A stretch of 46,001 bases of DNA from Candidatus Brocadiia bacterium (GTDB taxonomy: Bacteria > Planctomycetota > Brocadiia > SM23-32): contig JBKHIT010000038.1 of assembly GCA_046538485.1 (NCBI GenBank), positions 1-46,001 on the forward strand. Direction: 5' to 3'. The notes beneath the pieces are model-generated. The model searched no databases and was not told the origin of the DNA. It worked only from the letters and a program-made list of their open reading frames with translations. Position numbers and translations under genes: made by a program. Positions 20,601 through 30,645 of this stretch are shown piece after piece (positions within the stretch are counted from its first letter, which is position 1; each line of letters opens with the position of its first letter).

Positions 20601-22838
20601 TTACGCCTTTCCCCACTCACGATTGGGCCCAGGACCGAGCAAAATCTGCAGTTTGCCCCCTTTCGCCAGCTGACTGTGCGGGAACCAGGAAGACTTCAGC
20701 GGTTCTCCATCAAGCTTCGCCGACTGAATATAGAGGTCGGCCGGCCCATCTCGCCGGGTTTCAATCACAAAATCAGCGCCTGAGTAATAATCGTCATCCA
20801 GATGAATCACCGCCCGGTCAAAAACTGGCGAAGTTAACTCGTAGCGAGGCTCCCGGTCACAGCCGGCCCGCACATCGAACAATCCCAGCGCCATCAGAGC
20901 GTTGAGCGACCCCATCTGTCCCTGGTCTTCGTCGCCGCCGTAACCTCCCCACGGCGTCACGTCGCTTTTGGCCTGCTCCATGATACGACGCACCCACTTC
21001 TGTGCGAGCCACGGAGCACCCGCCTGGTTGAACAGATGCGCGATATACGTGCAGGGCTGGTTTCCGTAATCCAGATACCCCTGGTGATGCCCACCGTGAG
21101 GAGCCACAAAATCGTGTTCCTGCGCTTTCTCAAAAAGCTCATTGAGCCGGTTGATAAAAACCTGTCTTCCGCCCATCAGAGCCATCAGTCCTTCGACGTT
21201 GTGCGGCACATGCCACAGATAATGCCAGGCGTTTCCCTCAACCCAACCGTCTGGCGACATTGGATCAAACGGTTCCACCCAGGAACCATCTTCATGCCGG
21301 GGACGCATGAAACCCACTTCTTCGTCGTAGATATTGCGGTAGTTCTGAGACCGCTGCATGAATCGCTCATAATCGCTGTCGCGGCCAAGTGTTGCTGCCA
21401 GTTGAGCGAGACACCAGTCGGCGTAGGCATATTCCAGGGTCTGAGCTGCTCCCGCACAGTGAAAAGCCTCGGCTTCAACTTCATGTGGAACATAACCGAG
21501 TTCGATATAGCGATCCACCCCACCGCCAATACAGGTGTCGTGCTCGTACCCCGCCTTACTCATAAGGCCACCGGGCATATGGTTCTTGACCATTCCTTCG
21601 TAGGCCGTTTCAATATCGAAACTGCGAATACCTTTATGCCAGGCGCTGACCAGAAATGGAGTGGATGTGGCGGACGTCATCACAAATGTGTAGTTCCCGC
21701 CGCTCGGCCCTCGGGGAATCAGGCCGCCGTTCCGATAGAGATCCAGAAAGGTATTGCAGAAATTATGGACGACGTCCGGATATGCAATGGACCACAAAAG
21801 ACTCAGGGACCACTGCGCCCCCCAGAATGCGTCGGAGTTATGATGCTGGTGGTGAAGCCGCCGCTCATCACCTAATCCCACGTGCCGTATTCGCAGTTCA
21901 TCGCCCGTCATATCGAGGTAACTCCCGTCAGCATCGTTGACGCGCCGTCGACCCAGCAAGGAATGGTAAAGGTCGGTGTAGAATTTTGCTTGCTGTTCGG
22001 GCGTACCTCCCTCGATTTCGATCCGGCCCAGCCAATCGTTCCAACATCTTTGGGTTTCCTCACGGACGCGCTCGAACTCCCAATGCGGGAGTTCCGACAC
22101 CAGATTTTCCCGTGCGTGCTCGATGCCACAAAACGAGAGTGCCACTTTCATCTGGAGCACCTGCCATCCTTGCCCGTCGAAACGGAAGTATCCTCCCGCG
22201 TCGGCTCCCTGAATCGAAGAACATTCATCGATCACCGAGTCGCCTTTCCACCCGCCGAACCGCTCAAATGGGCGGTCAAAAACCATAACAAAATGGACGC
22301 GGACCGGCTTTGGACGTCGCCGCGTGGGTGCGTTTTCGACGTACCCCACGATCGTCCGTTCATCGGCAGGTCGCGCCAACGCATCCGACATTTCAGTCGG
22401 TCCCACCTCGGCGCCGAGATCCAACAACACGTGCCGATCACCTTCAGAAGGAAAGGTATATCGGTGGAAACCCACACGGTCCGTAGCGGTCAGTTCCGCA
22501 TCAATCCCGTAGTTCTCAAGATACACTGAGTGGTAGCCCGGGCTGACGGTTTCTCGTTCGTGGGTAAACCGCGACCCGTAGTTCTCCGACCCTGTATGCC
22601 CGCGCATTTCGCCGGTGCAGGGTAGAACAGGCAGAGCAGCGAGTTGCCAGGCATGCAGATGGGAAAACCAGCGGATGAATTCGCTGTCGTAGCGGTATCC
22701 GGCCTGCCAGGCCCCCCCCGCGGCCGTATCGGGGCTCAGGTTCACCATACCAAACGGCCGGCAAGCGGAACTGAAGAAGAAAAAACGGCGGTTGGCTGTA
22801 TCGATCAACGGATCAACCAGAGAAACCGGAGAGGCCAT
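20601..22838 (-). CDS. GH92 family alpha-mannosidase
   Basis: PFGMVNLSPD, GYRY, QTLEYAYADW, EGNAWHY.W.VPH, YGNQP, GDEDQGQM; AAGGAGG RBS; no signal peptide. Confidence 0.93.
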   Translation of the reverse strand: MASPVSLVDPLIDTANRRFFFFSSACRPFGMVNLSPDTAAGGAWQAGYRYDSEFIRWFSHLHAWQLAALPVLPCTGEMRGHTGSENYGSRFTHERETVSPGYHSVYLENYGIDAELTATDRVGFHRYTFPSEGDRHVLLDLGAEVGPTEMSDALARPADERTIVGYVENAPTRRRPKPVRVHFVMVFDRPFERFGGWKGDSVIDECSSIQGADAGGYFRFDGQGWQVLQMKVALSFCGIEHARENLVSELPHWEFERVREETQRCWNDWLGRIEIEGGTPEQQAKFYTDLYHSLLGRRRVNDADGSYLDMTGDELRIRHVGLGDERRLHHQHHNSDAFWGAQWSLSLLWSIAYPDVVHNFCNTFLDLYRNGGLIPRGPSGGNYTFVMTSATSTPFLVSAWHKGIRSFDIETAYEGMVKNHMPGGLMSKAGYEHDTCIGGGVDRYIELGYVPHEVEAEAFHCAGAAQTLEYAYADWCLAQLAATLGRDSDYERFMQRSQNYRNIYDEEVGFMRPRHEDGSWVEPFDPMSPDGWVEGNAWHYLWHVPHNVEGLMALMGGRQVFINRLNELFEKAQEHDFVAPHGGHHQGYLDYGNQPCTYIAHLFNQAGAPWLAQKWVRRIMEQAKSDVTPWGGYGGDEDQGQMGSLNALMALGLFDVRAGCDREPRYELTSPVFDRAVIHLDDDYYSGADFVIETRRDGPADLYIQSAKLDGEPLKSSWFPHSQLAKGGKLQILLGPGPNREWGKA

Positions 22839-23079
22839 GCTCTCCTCCTTCGGAGTTGAAAGAAAAAAGAGAAACCATTATTGCGAATCGGGAATCGGTT
22901 CACAAACTCTGCCCCGAAAAAACAAGCCCGCCACTTTCCAGACAATTTGCCGTTGCGTCCCAACTATTTCTGCAGAGAAATGGGCATTCCGTTTGTAGCA
23001 TCTTCACGATCGTTGTAAAATCCCCCGCATTGCTGGTAACTTGTCCAAACCTCTGGGACTCTGGGAGATCCGAGACGTC

Positions 23080-24096
23080 ATGGATACGCTCAAAGCAGGA
23101 CTCATCGGTTGTGGTGGTAGAGGTCACGCTCACGCGGTCGCATACGACTATTCGGACAAAGTGGAGCTTGTCGCCTGTGCAGACATCTCCGAGGAAGCGG
23201 CCGGAGAAATGGCGGAAGAATTCGACACCCCTAATACCTACAGCGACTACGAGGAGATGCTTGCCAATGAAGATCTCGATATCGTCGCAATGGCATTATG
23301 GATCGGCCTGCATCACGACGCGATAATGGCCATTGTCAATGCGGATAACCCGCCCGAACTCATCAACGCCGAAAAACCCATGGCGCCCACTTTCGGCGAA
23401 GCGAAACGCATGTATGAGGCCTGCGAAGAAGCGGGCATCATGATGACTTTCAGCCACCAGCGGCGTTTCGGTGCGAGTTGGTCGAAAGCAAAGGAGATCC
23501 TCGACGAAGGAGCAATCGGCGAACTCTGGCGCATGGAAGCCTACTGTTCAAACCTCTTCGACTGGGGAACGCACTGGTTCGACATGATGTTTTTCTACAA
23601 CAACCAGGAACCCGCAGAATGGGTGATGGGACAGATCGACTGCTCGGAAAAACGCACGATTTTTGGTGCTCTCGTTGAGACTTCCGGTCTTTCCTACATC
23701 AAATGGCAGAACGGCGTGATGGGATTGATCGCAACCGGCCAGGACCACGGCGGGCGTTGCCAGAACCTCCTTATCGGTGCGGAAGGCATGATCGAGGTCA
23801 ATCACGATGGAGTGCGCCTTCTGCGGGAAGGTGAGAACTGGCAGTCCGTGGAATTGGAAGAACTCGACGTCCCCGGAGGCGCCACCACGCGCTATCTGCT
23901 GGAATCGATCGATTGTCTGCTGGAAGGCAAAGAATCGCTCCTTTCGAGCAAAAAAGCCCTCCAGGCCACCGAGCTGATCTTTGCCACCTACGAATCCGCC
24001 CGCCGTCGCGCCCGAGTCCATCTCCCCCTCGATATCGAAGATTCCCCGCTTCTAAGCATGATAGAAGACGGCGAGATCGTTTTGCCGGAAGAATGA
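23080..24096 (+). CDS. Gfo/Idh/MocA oxidoreductase
   Basis: GLIGCGG, EKPMA, HQRRF, DWGTHWFD. Confidence 0.93.
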   Translation: MDTLKAGLIGCGGRGHAHAVAYDYSDKVELVACADISEEAAGEMAEEFDTPNTYSDYEEMLANEDLDIVAMALWIGLHHDAIMAIVNADNPPELINAEKPMAPTFGEAKRMYEACEEAGIMMTFSHQRRFGASWSKAKEILDEGAIGELWRMEAYCSNLFDWGTHWFDMMFFYNNQEPAEWVMGQIDCSEKRTIFGALVETSGLSYIKWQNGVMGLIATGQDHGGRCQNLLIGAEGMIEVNHDGVRLLREGENWQSVELEELDVPGGATTRYLLESIDCLLEGKESLLSSKKALQATELIFATYESARRRARVHLPLDIEDSPLLSMIEDGEIVLPEE

Positions 24097-24124
24097 ATCG
24101 GTTGAGCGGCCCATCCGGAAAAAT

Positions 24125-24306
24125 TGAGCGGACTGGACTTCAGCCGGAGACTGGAGTTCAGAACGCGGCCCATAAACCGGCAGGTCTCGGAGCAAAACAG
24201 CAGAACGACCAACGGCAGCTCCGCCTCGGCGATGCGGACCGACAGCTACCTGGCATTTCACGGCATTTGTCCGCCTCAAGTCCCCCTTCGTCCGCCTGAG
24301 CGGACT
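24125..24306 (+). repeat. Composite dispersed palindromic element copy
   Basis: Core 24125-24168; REP-like hairpin 24218-24243; GTCCGCCTCAAGT module near 24269; begins 28 bp after the upstream stop codon. Confidence 0.9.
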
Positions 24307-24609
24307 CAGCTGAACTCGAGTCTGCAGGATACGCGGTCGAGAAGCGGAGTTGCAAGCTCACAGAATGATTGACACCAGACATGAGGTTTATGTTACAACA
24401 ACCTGTAAAGACTTTTCCGAAGGAAACTTGAGGGATTTGCGCCCGGCTCTGTTCGGGAGTCGGTGGTAATCTCAAGGTAGTCCAGCGTTGTCAAACAGGG
24501 AAATGACCCACAGGGCAAAGTCCTTTCCGCTGACGTTCACTTTCGCATCCCGCCCCGGCGCGATACACTATTTTGAATTCGACTTTGATCACATTGAGGA
24601 GATCACGAC

Positions 24610-25710
24610 GTGAGCAAGCTGCGAATTGGACTCATCGGAACGGGAAAGAAAAAAGAACGTGGCGATCGGTTCGGATTCGCCATGGCCTACCGCCACGCCG
24701 ACGGCTACGCGGAACTGGAATCCTGCGAAATGGTCGCATGCGCCGACATCGTGGAAGAAAACGCCGAGAATTTCGCACAAACCTACGATATCGGCGAAGA
24801 TGGCGTATTTCTCGACTACAAACAAATGCTCGATGAGATGGATCTGGACGTGGTGAGCATCTGCACCTGGATGCATCTGCATGAACAAATGGTGCTCGAT
24901 TGCATCGATGCCGGGGTTCAGGCGATCCACTGCGAAAAACCGATGGCCGACACCTGGGGCGGCGCAAAAAGGATGGCGGAGGCCGCTGAAAATGCAGGAG
25001 TCCAGCTGACATTCAATCATCAACGCCGCTACGGTAAACCTTTCACGATGGCGAAAGAAATGCTCGATAACGGGGAAATCGGGGAACTCATCCGCCTCGA
25101 ATGCGGCGCTGGCAACCTCTACGATACCGGCACCCATTTCATCGATATGTTCAGTTTTTTCAACGACGAAGTGCCGGCAAAATGGGTCCTGGGACAGATT
25201 GACTACAGCAAAGAGAATTTCGTTTTTGGCTCGCATAACGAAAATCAGCAGGTTGTGCTTACCGAATACCAAAACGGCGTTTTCGGGCTGATCATGACCG
25301 GAGTTGGCACCGGCCCTGTCGGATGTGTGGATAAATTGATCGGGACCGAAGGAACCATCGAAGTCGGCGTGCAGGGAGGCCCCCCGATCCGCTACAAGCG
25401 GGCCGGGGAGAGCGACTGGACCGAACCCGACACCGGGGGCGAAAGCATCCACGGTCCCCGTTTCATTGAACGCGCTGTCGCCGACGTCATAAGTTGTTTC
25501 CTGGAAGGACACAAATGCCAGCTCGATGCGTCGAATGCGCTCATCGCTACCGAGATTATCTTTGGTGCATACGAATCAAGTCGGCGTCGTGGGCTCGTGG
25601 AATTCCCGCTCGATATTGAAGACAACCCACTGGCCTCGATGGTGGAACAAGGCGAACTGAAACCAGAGCCCGACAAAGAGGCCCGTCAGCGAGGAGCGGC
25701 TGGGAGTTGA
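24610..25710 (+). CDS. Gfo/Idh/MocA oxidoreductase (paralog of 23080-24096)
   Basis: GAGGAG RBS, GTG start; CEKPMA, HQRRY, DTGTHFID; C-terminus very similar to the upstream gene. Confidence 0.93.
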   Translation: MSKLRIGLIGTGKKKERGDRFGFAMAYRHADGYAELESCEMVACADIVEENAENFAQTYDIGEDGVFLDYKQMLDEMDLDVVSICTWMHLHEQMVLDCIDAGVQAIHCEKPMADTWGGAKRMAEAAENAGVQLTFNHQRRYGKPFTMAKEMLDNGEIGELIRLECGAGNLYDTGTHFIDMFSFFNDEVPAKWVLGQIDYSKENFVFGSHNENQQVVLTEYQNGVFGLIMTGVGTGPVGCVDKLIGTEGTIEVGVQGGPPIRYKRAGESDWTEPDTGGESIHGPRFIERAVADVISCFLEGHKCQLDASNALIATEIIFGAYESSRRRGLVEFPLDIEDNPLASMVEQGELKPEPDKEARQRGAAGS

Positions 25711-25772
25711 CCGTCGCGGTATAAGTCTGATCGGGTTTGTTTTTTACGTCACAACCAGCCATGTGTCGTGTG

Positions 25773-25942
25773 TATTTAGCCTGAAGCTCAGGCCAGGTAG
25801 GTCATTGCGAGCCCATCGTAAGATAGGCGACGTTCATCCGACCACCGGCAGGGCGAAAACGTGCGCAACCCTTCGGACGCAATGCAGGGCTGACGGATCA
25901 AACGCATGCTCAAGCCTGCATCTTACGGATGCAGGCTAGATA
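25773..25942. repeat. Hairpin-rich element containing a GTCATTGCGA..CGCAATG palindromic repeat
   Basis: 25801-25884 resembles 32409-32513; perfect hairpin AGCCTGCATC-ttacg-GATGCAGGCT (25913-25937); outer imperfect inverted repeat TATTTAGCCTG/CAGGCTAGATA. Confidence 0.65.
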
Positions 25943-26247
25943 AAACGGCGCATGCCGTTCAGGCGTAAGAGTTTACGACAACAAGAAGTGTTCACAATTT
26001 CCGGCCAGTGCTACTGTGCCGGAAGATGTCTGTATCTTCCTTGTGAAAAAGCCGTTAAAGCCAATCGTTTTCCAACGTAGCGTTCGCCTCGTTGCTGATC
26101 ACTGATTTTAAGTTGTCAGATTTATGCGCCGTTTTTTTAGCCCGGATTTTTGGCTGAGAAGGGTTATGAACGGTCTTCAATAAAGATTCTACCCTAATTT
26201 GGCAAGAGTGGCTTCCAATTATCCGCAAAATCCGGGCAAGAGGTACT

Positions 26248-26740
26248 TCAGAAGGCCCCCCGGAACGGGATACACTGGTTCCAGGTCTTTTCGGCCCGCC
26301 AGAACCCGCCCGGACCGTCGGCGCAACCGGCAAACAGGTGTGTCGGTCTGCCGTTCTGAATTAAAAGCTGGGGTCTTTCCAGTGATCCCAAAGTCGTAAT
26401 CTCCCCGTCGGACCAGCGCACCGTGCGTGAATAGGCTTTCGGTGGATCCGATAGTTCCCACCGGATAGCGTCGGAGGAAGTCGCATGGGTGCCGGCATGC
26501 TCCTCACCGGTGATCCTGTCCGTACGGTCTTTGAAGATCATCTGAAATTTCCCGTTCTCCTCCCAAATATACGCATCCTCGATATGGGCTTCGGGATCGG
26601 CGAATTCGAAAAGCGGCTCGTCCGCCACACGGTGGAAAGGCTCGTCGAACCTCTCAGCCCGCGCCAGACCGTAATTGGTCTGGTCATCAAGACTCGCGTG
26701 GGATTTGTATTCATGAAGTAAACGACGACCGGTGTCGACA
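26248..26740 (-). pseudogene. C-terminal fragment of a GH43-like beta-propeller glycosidase
   Basis: Frame reads LLHEYKS..YGLARA..EDAYIW..MIFKD..SLERPQLL..PTHLF; the N-terminal half is missing and the homology ends at the repeat at 26741. Confidence 0.75.
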
Positions 26741-26824
26741 ATGCTGTTTGCCGGGAGATCTGTGGGCTGATGAGCCGCGTTCTGAACTCCAGCCCCGCAG
26801 AGCGGCGCTGAAGTCCAGTCCGCT
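26741..26824 (-). repeat. Dispersed palindromic element copy
   Basis: Core 26775-26824 plus flank TGCTGTTTGCCGGGAGATCTGT, shared with 34821-34860. Confidence 0.9.
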
Positions 26825-27065
26825 TGCCTGTCAACGGCTCGGCCACGAGGCCCTCCAGCGATCTCAGATCAGAGGACGGGATCCGGGATGGCTGAATCCA
26901 GCATTCTGTTCCGGAGCTAATTCGCCTGTAAACTATTTTCTCCCTTTTCCGAAGGAAAATTAAGGAATTTGCGCCCCGTCCGAGGGCAGAATCAGCCGGA
27001 ATTTTCGTGGAATGTCCGGCTTCCGGGCAGAGAAAAGACCTACCTCGCAAATTCCTTTGACAATT

Positions 27066-28379
27066 TTATCTCAGTTGGCGCACGTACTCTTTGATATCTT
27101 CGTAGCGCTCGGTCTCGAAATCCCAGCCGGGGGCGACGGTGGGATTTTGCAGAAGGGGCTCGGACTCGATCCGGGGGTTGCGTTTTTTGTCTTCTTTGAA
27201 AAGGAGCGTGCCGGGGACGGGCGAGTACTGGGCGAGTTTCACATTACCCCCCAGCGAATGGACAAAATCGACCGTCTCATATATTTCATCCTCCTGCTGT
27301 TCTGGCAGCCCCATGAGGCTGTAGACATCCACGCTCCCCTCGGCGTAACCCGCACCGTGGAGGTAATTCAGGGCCCGTTCAAGATCGCCGGGAGCTGCTT
27401 TCCCATCGGAGGTCTCCCGGGCCTTCCCGCGAACACCCTCAAAGCTGAGCCGAACCGTCGTAAAGTTGGCCCGGTGGAACAGTTCAGCAATCTCTCGGGT
27501 AACGAATCGAGCGTGCAGGCCGTTTGGCGTGTGAAAACGGCAGGAAAGTCCCTTTTCCAACACGCCTTTGAGGACCGGGATGAGGGTCTTTTCGGGATTC
27601 ACGAGGAGCGCATCATCATAGAGCGCAATATCCGGTCGACCACCGCGCACATTCCATGTGATCTCGTCGACCACACGGTCGGGATCCCTTTGCTCAAAAC
27701 CGGGGCACAGGAGATCCGATGCGCAGTAGTTGCAGTGGAAGGGACATCCGCGTGTCAGACGCGTGACGGCGCACGGCGAATCCGGGTAAAGATCGTTGGC
27801 CGCAAACGGAACGTAATCGAGTTGTAGAGGTTTTGCCGGCAAAATCTGCCCTCCTCCAAACTGTCCCGTGTCCCATCCGCCCGAGACCACCTGATCCGCG
27901 TCTGATTTTTCGGCTGCATGGTCCGGGCAGAGCGTAGCATAGGTCCCCCCCAGCACAACCGGCACATTCGGAAAGCGGTCTTTCAGAACCTCGATGGTTT
28001 CCTGGACGCCGAGATACCAGTAGGTCATACCAGAGGTAACAAATATCCAGTCCGGATCGGCAATTTCGCGGAGTTTCTCCGCGAACACTTCGCGGGGTTG
28101 ACCGTAACGGCGGTAATAACGACGAATCGGCGGGTAGGCTTCGGGGGGCGGCACTTTCTTCTCGTAAAACTTCCCCGTCCCGTAGTCACGACTTTTCGGT
28201 GGATCTAACCCGTAACAACTTATGTCATCAAAAGTTAGACGAAGAGCATCCAGATAAATGACTTCGTGCCCTCTCTCACGCAGAAAAGAGAAAAGCGTCA
28301 AAAACCCCAGGGGTCTTGCCCAAAGGTTGTAGGCAGCGAAATCGTAGATCCAGGGATTAACCAGCAGGACGCGAGCCAA
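27066..28379 (-). CDS. Cobalamin-binding domain radical SAM protein
   Basis: VLLVNPWIYDF..PLG, LGGTYATLCPDHA, TRGCPFHCNYCAS (CxxxCxxC), YDDALL, FHTPNGLH; TTG start at 28379 or 28397. Confidence 0.9.
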   Translation of the reverse strand: MARVLLVNPWIYDFAAYNLWARPLGFLTLFSFLRERGHEVIYLDALRLTFDDISCYGLDPPKSRDYGTGKFYEKKVPPPEAYPPIRRYYRRYGQPREVFAEKLREIADPDWIFVTSGMTYWYLGVQETIEVLKDRFPNVPVVLGGTYATLCPDHAAEKSDADQVVSGGWDTGQFGGGQILPAKPLQLDYVPFAANDLYPDSPCAVTRLTRGCPFHCNYCASDLLCPGFEQRDPDRVVDEITWNVRGGRPDIALYDDALLVNPEKTLIPVLKGVLEKGLSCRFHTPNGLHARFVTREIAELFHRANFTTVRLSFEGVRGKARETSDGKAAPGDLERALNYLHGAGYAEGSVDVYSLMGLPEQQEDEIYETVDFVHSLGGNVKLAQYSPVPGTLLFKEDKKRNPRIESEPLLQNPTVAPGWDFETERYEDIKEYVRQLR

Positions 28380-28941
28380 TTTCCGGTTCCTTCTCAATAA
28401 GCCGCACGTCGTTTACCAGGAAGTTGGGGCCAATGCCTGACGAATCCACACTTACTTCTTTTCCCCTCCATTTTCTTTTCTGGCTCAGCATTTCGAGTTT
28501 CACGCATGTCATCTCGATCACGCAATCATGAAATGACATTGCTATATCGTCAATTTCCCTGAGTTTTTTCTCCACTTCAGGCGTTTCGGCGTAGAGAAAC
28601 ATCGCTCGTGTCGCTTTTTTGCCGGCGGAAGCGCCGGGGGAATTGCATCTTCGAAAATTGCCGTAATTTCCCGCGAGTTTTGCGACAGTCGACATCGGAA
28701 TGACCGAAAAGTGGCAGGTAAAAAATTTGTCCCCGTAGCCAGATCCCCCGACTACAAGCAAATTCATCGTTTTTTCCGGCCCGTCTTCCCGGGCTGTAAA
28801 ATGGTTCTTGCCGACCATTATCGAAAGTTTTTCGCCCGCACGAGTAACCGTAGTGTATTTTTTCCCACCGGCCGACATCAACCCGTAGATCAGCAAAACC
28901 ACAAGCGCCAGCGCGCCGACGAACTTGAGGTTATTTCCCAT
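28357..28941 (-). CDS. Hypothetical protein with an N-terminal membrane anchor
   Basis: AGGAG RBS; hydrophobic N-terminus; overlaps the start of the radical SAM gene. Confidence 0.75.
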   Translation of the reverse strand: MGNNLKFVGALALVVLLIYGLMSAGGKKYTTVTRAGEKLSIMVGKNHFTAREDGPEKTMNLLVVGGSGYGDKFFTCHFSVIPMSTVAKLAGNYGNFRRCNSPGASAGKKATRAMFLYAETPEVEKKLREIDDIAMSFHDCVIEMTCVKLEMLSQKRKWRGKEVSVDSSGIGPNFLVNDVRLIEKEPEIGSRPAG

Positions 28942-29118
28942 CGTTTTCTCCTACGGCAAGGTTCGTCCGAGTTCTCTCGCAGGGCTTTATTTCAGCAACC
29001 ATTATATACTGTGACGAAGTTCAGCGTCCGGAACTCGCATCCGCACATCGGCTGAACTTAACCGAAGGACCATGGGTGTTCAAGGCATCCTCATGACCTT
29101 TTTCGCTCATTCCCGTCC

Positions 29119-29147
29119 TTGATTCACTATATTACGGTTGATACAGT
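29119..29147 (+). promoter_or_regulatory. Putative sigma70 promoter
   Basis: TTGATT-17 bp-TACAGT with extended -10 TG. Confidence 0.45.
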
Positions 29148-29241
29148 GGTAGTCAGCAGGCCAAAAGACACCCGATGATGAACTGGTTCTTTCTGGATCT
29201 GCGGCGAATCGTTTCGTAGACATCTGACTCTGTGGCAGGAG

Positions 29242-30030
29242 GTGTTAAACGTGGGAGGAAGCCCTGTTCCAAAAGAGATGGAGACGGCTGTAGAGTACCG
29301 CGCATCGATCAAAAAAATCAGGGGATGGTGCGGTCTTCTTGGCTTTTTCGGGGCGCTTATGATCTGGCAGGGAATTCAGCTGGTGGATGTCGGCTTGGAT
29401 TTAGCGTGGGTCGGGGTTGCCATTGGAGTCGCGCTTATAGCGGTAGCCATTATCGGGGCTATCTGGCCATCGCCTCCCACAATGCTGGCCGAGGCGATAG
29501 CATTTGGATTGATCGCCGCCTGGGATCTGGGGCTTGCTATTTTGAGCAAGGGAGAGGCCGCAGATCTCGCGATCTGGGGAGTGATCGAAGCTGGGATTGC
29601 CGTTTATTTGTTGGTCAAACTGCCAGGCTTTATTCGCACCGCACGGGAGAAACCGCCCAAGGAGGTGCTCAAACAACTCGACGATGTCTGTAAAGAAATA
29701 CGAAAAGGCAAACCGAAAGAAGAGAAAGATCTTATTGACTTTCGAGCGGGAAACAAGCGCTGGCGGGCGCGGCTATCGGGCATCGGGACATTTCTCGAAC
29801 AGCAAAAAGGTCACGACGTTGTCTTCGCAAGTCCCTCGGAGGTCAGCGTCGAGGACCGCACAAAACCGGGAAAAGATCCCAAGAAACGTCCCGTAACACT
29901 CCACGTAGCCGACAAAGAATGGAAATGCAAAATCAAAAAAGAATACTTCGACAGGCTCACTGAGTGGCTGGAAGCTGCTGAACGCCCCGACACCCCAACA
30001 GAAAAACCACAGATAGAAGAGCCCATCTGA
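29242..30030 (+). CDS. Hypothetical four-TM membrane protein with a soluble C-terminal domain
   Basis: AGGAGG near the start (exact start 29242/29251/29278 uncertain); four hydrophobic helices followed by a Lys-rich beta domain. Confidence 0.8.
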   Translation: MLNVGGSPVPKEMETAVEYRASIKKIRGWCGLLGFFGALMIWQGIQLVDVGLDLAWVGVAIGVALIAVAIIGAIWPSPPTMLAEAIAFGLIAAWDLGLAILSKGEAADLAIWGVIEAGIAVYLLVKLPGFIRTAREKPPKEVLKQLDDVCKEIRKGKPKEEKDLIDFRAGNKRWRARLSGIGTFLEQQKGHDVVFASPSEVSVEDRTKPGKDPKKRPVTLHVADKEWKCKIKKEYFDRLTEWLEAAERPDTPTEKPQIEEPI

Positions 30031-30087
30031 AACAAACACTGAGTTTGCTAATTAGTCAACGGCTACTGGATCATCAAACATCGGCAA

Positions 30088-30348
30088 TCAACAGGATATT
30101 TCGTCTTCGTACTCAGGGAAATACCGATTGATGGTTGGCAGATCAAAGCGGGAGAGTATCGACTCTTTGGATTCTCTTTGCAGCAGAAATTCGAACGAGC
30201 GTTCCACAAGTTCTTCCTTGCTGATATCCCCACCGGTGAGTTTCTGATAATAGTCATCCTCCACTGTCACTGTATGGTGGCTTGCGCTGCCCGATTCCTC
30301 GACAGTCACTTCAAAAGTTTTTTCATTCTGTTTTTCCACAGCAATCAT
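30088..30348 (-). CDS. Small acidic hypothetical protein
   Basis: AAGGAG RBS before ATG 30348; SFEFLLQRESKESIL..F.L..I.RYFPEYE. Confidence 0.8.
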   Translation of the reverse strand: MIAVEKQNEKTFEVTVEESGSASHHTVTVEDDYYQKLTGGDISKEELVERSFEFLLQRESKESILSRFDLPTINRYFPEYEDEISC

Positions 30349-30645
30349 ACCATTCTCCTTCCGCAGTTCTTCCATCGGAAAAATGCGCACACATTCGATT
30401 ATTTTACGACACTATCGAATAGAAAAATTATGTCAAATCATCAGGCGCGGAAATGCTGGCAAAAAGACCCTAATCCACCGTTTTACGGGTAGAATCGAGA
30501 AGTGCAGAACCGCCTTTTACGCTACGTTTCAGACAAAAATCTTTACTTCAGCCGGGCAGTACTCTATAGTATTTATTGAATAAAAGGACCAAGGCAATTA
30601 GCGAACGTTGCTCATTTAACTGCGAGAATCAGATTACCAAGCGGG

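Noticed and set aside
25845..25900. c-di-GMP-I riboswitch-like words (GGGCGAAA..GACGCAATGC)
   Set aside because: The P2 stem/GNRA does not form, it is not upstream of a co-oriented gene, and the segment is better explained as part of the GTCATTGCGA palindromic repeat
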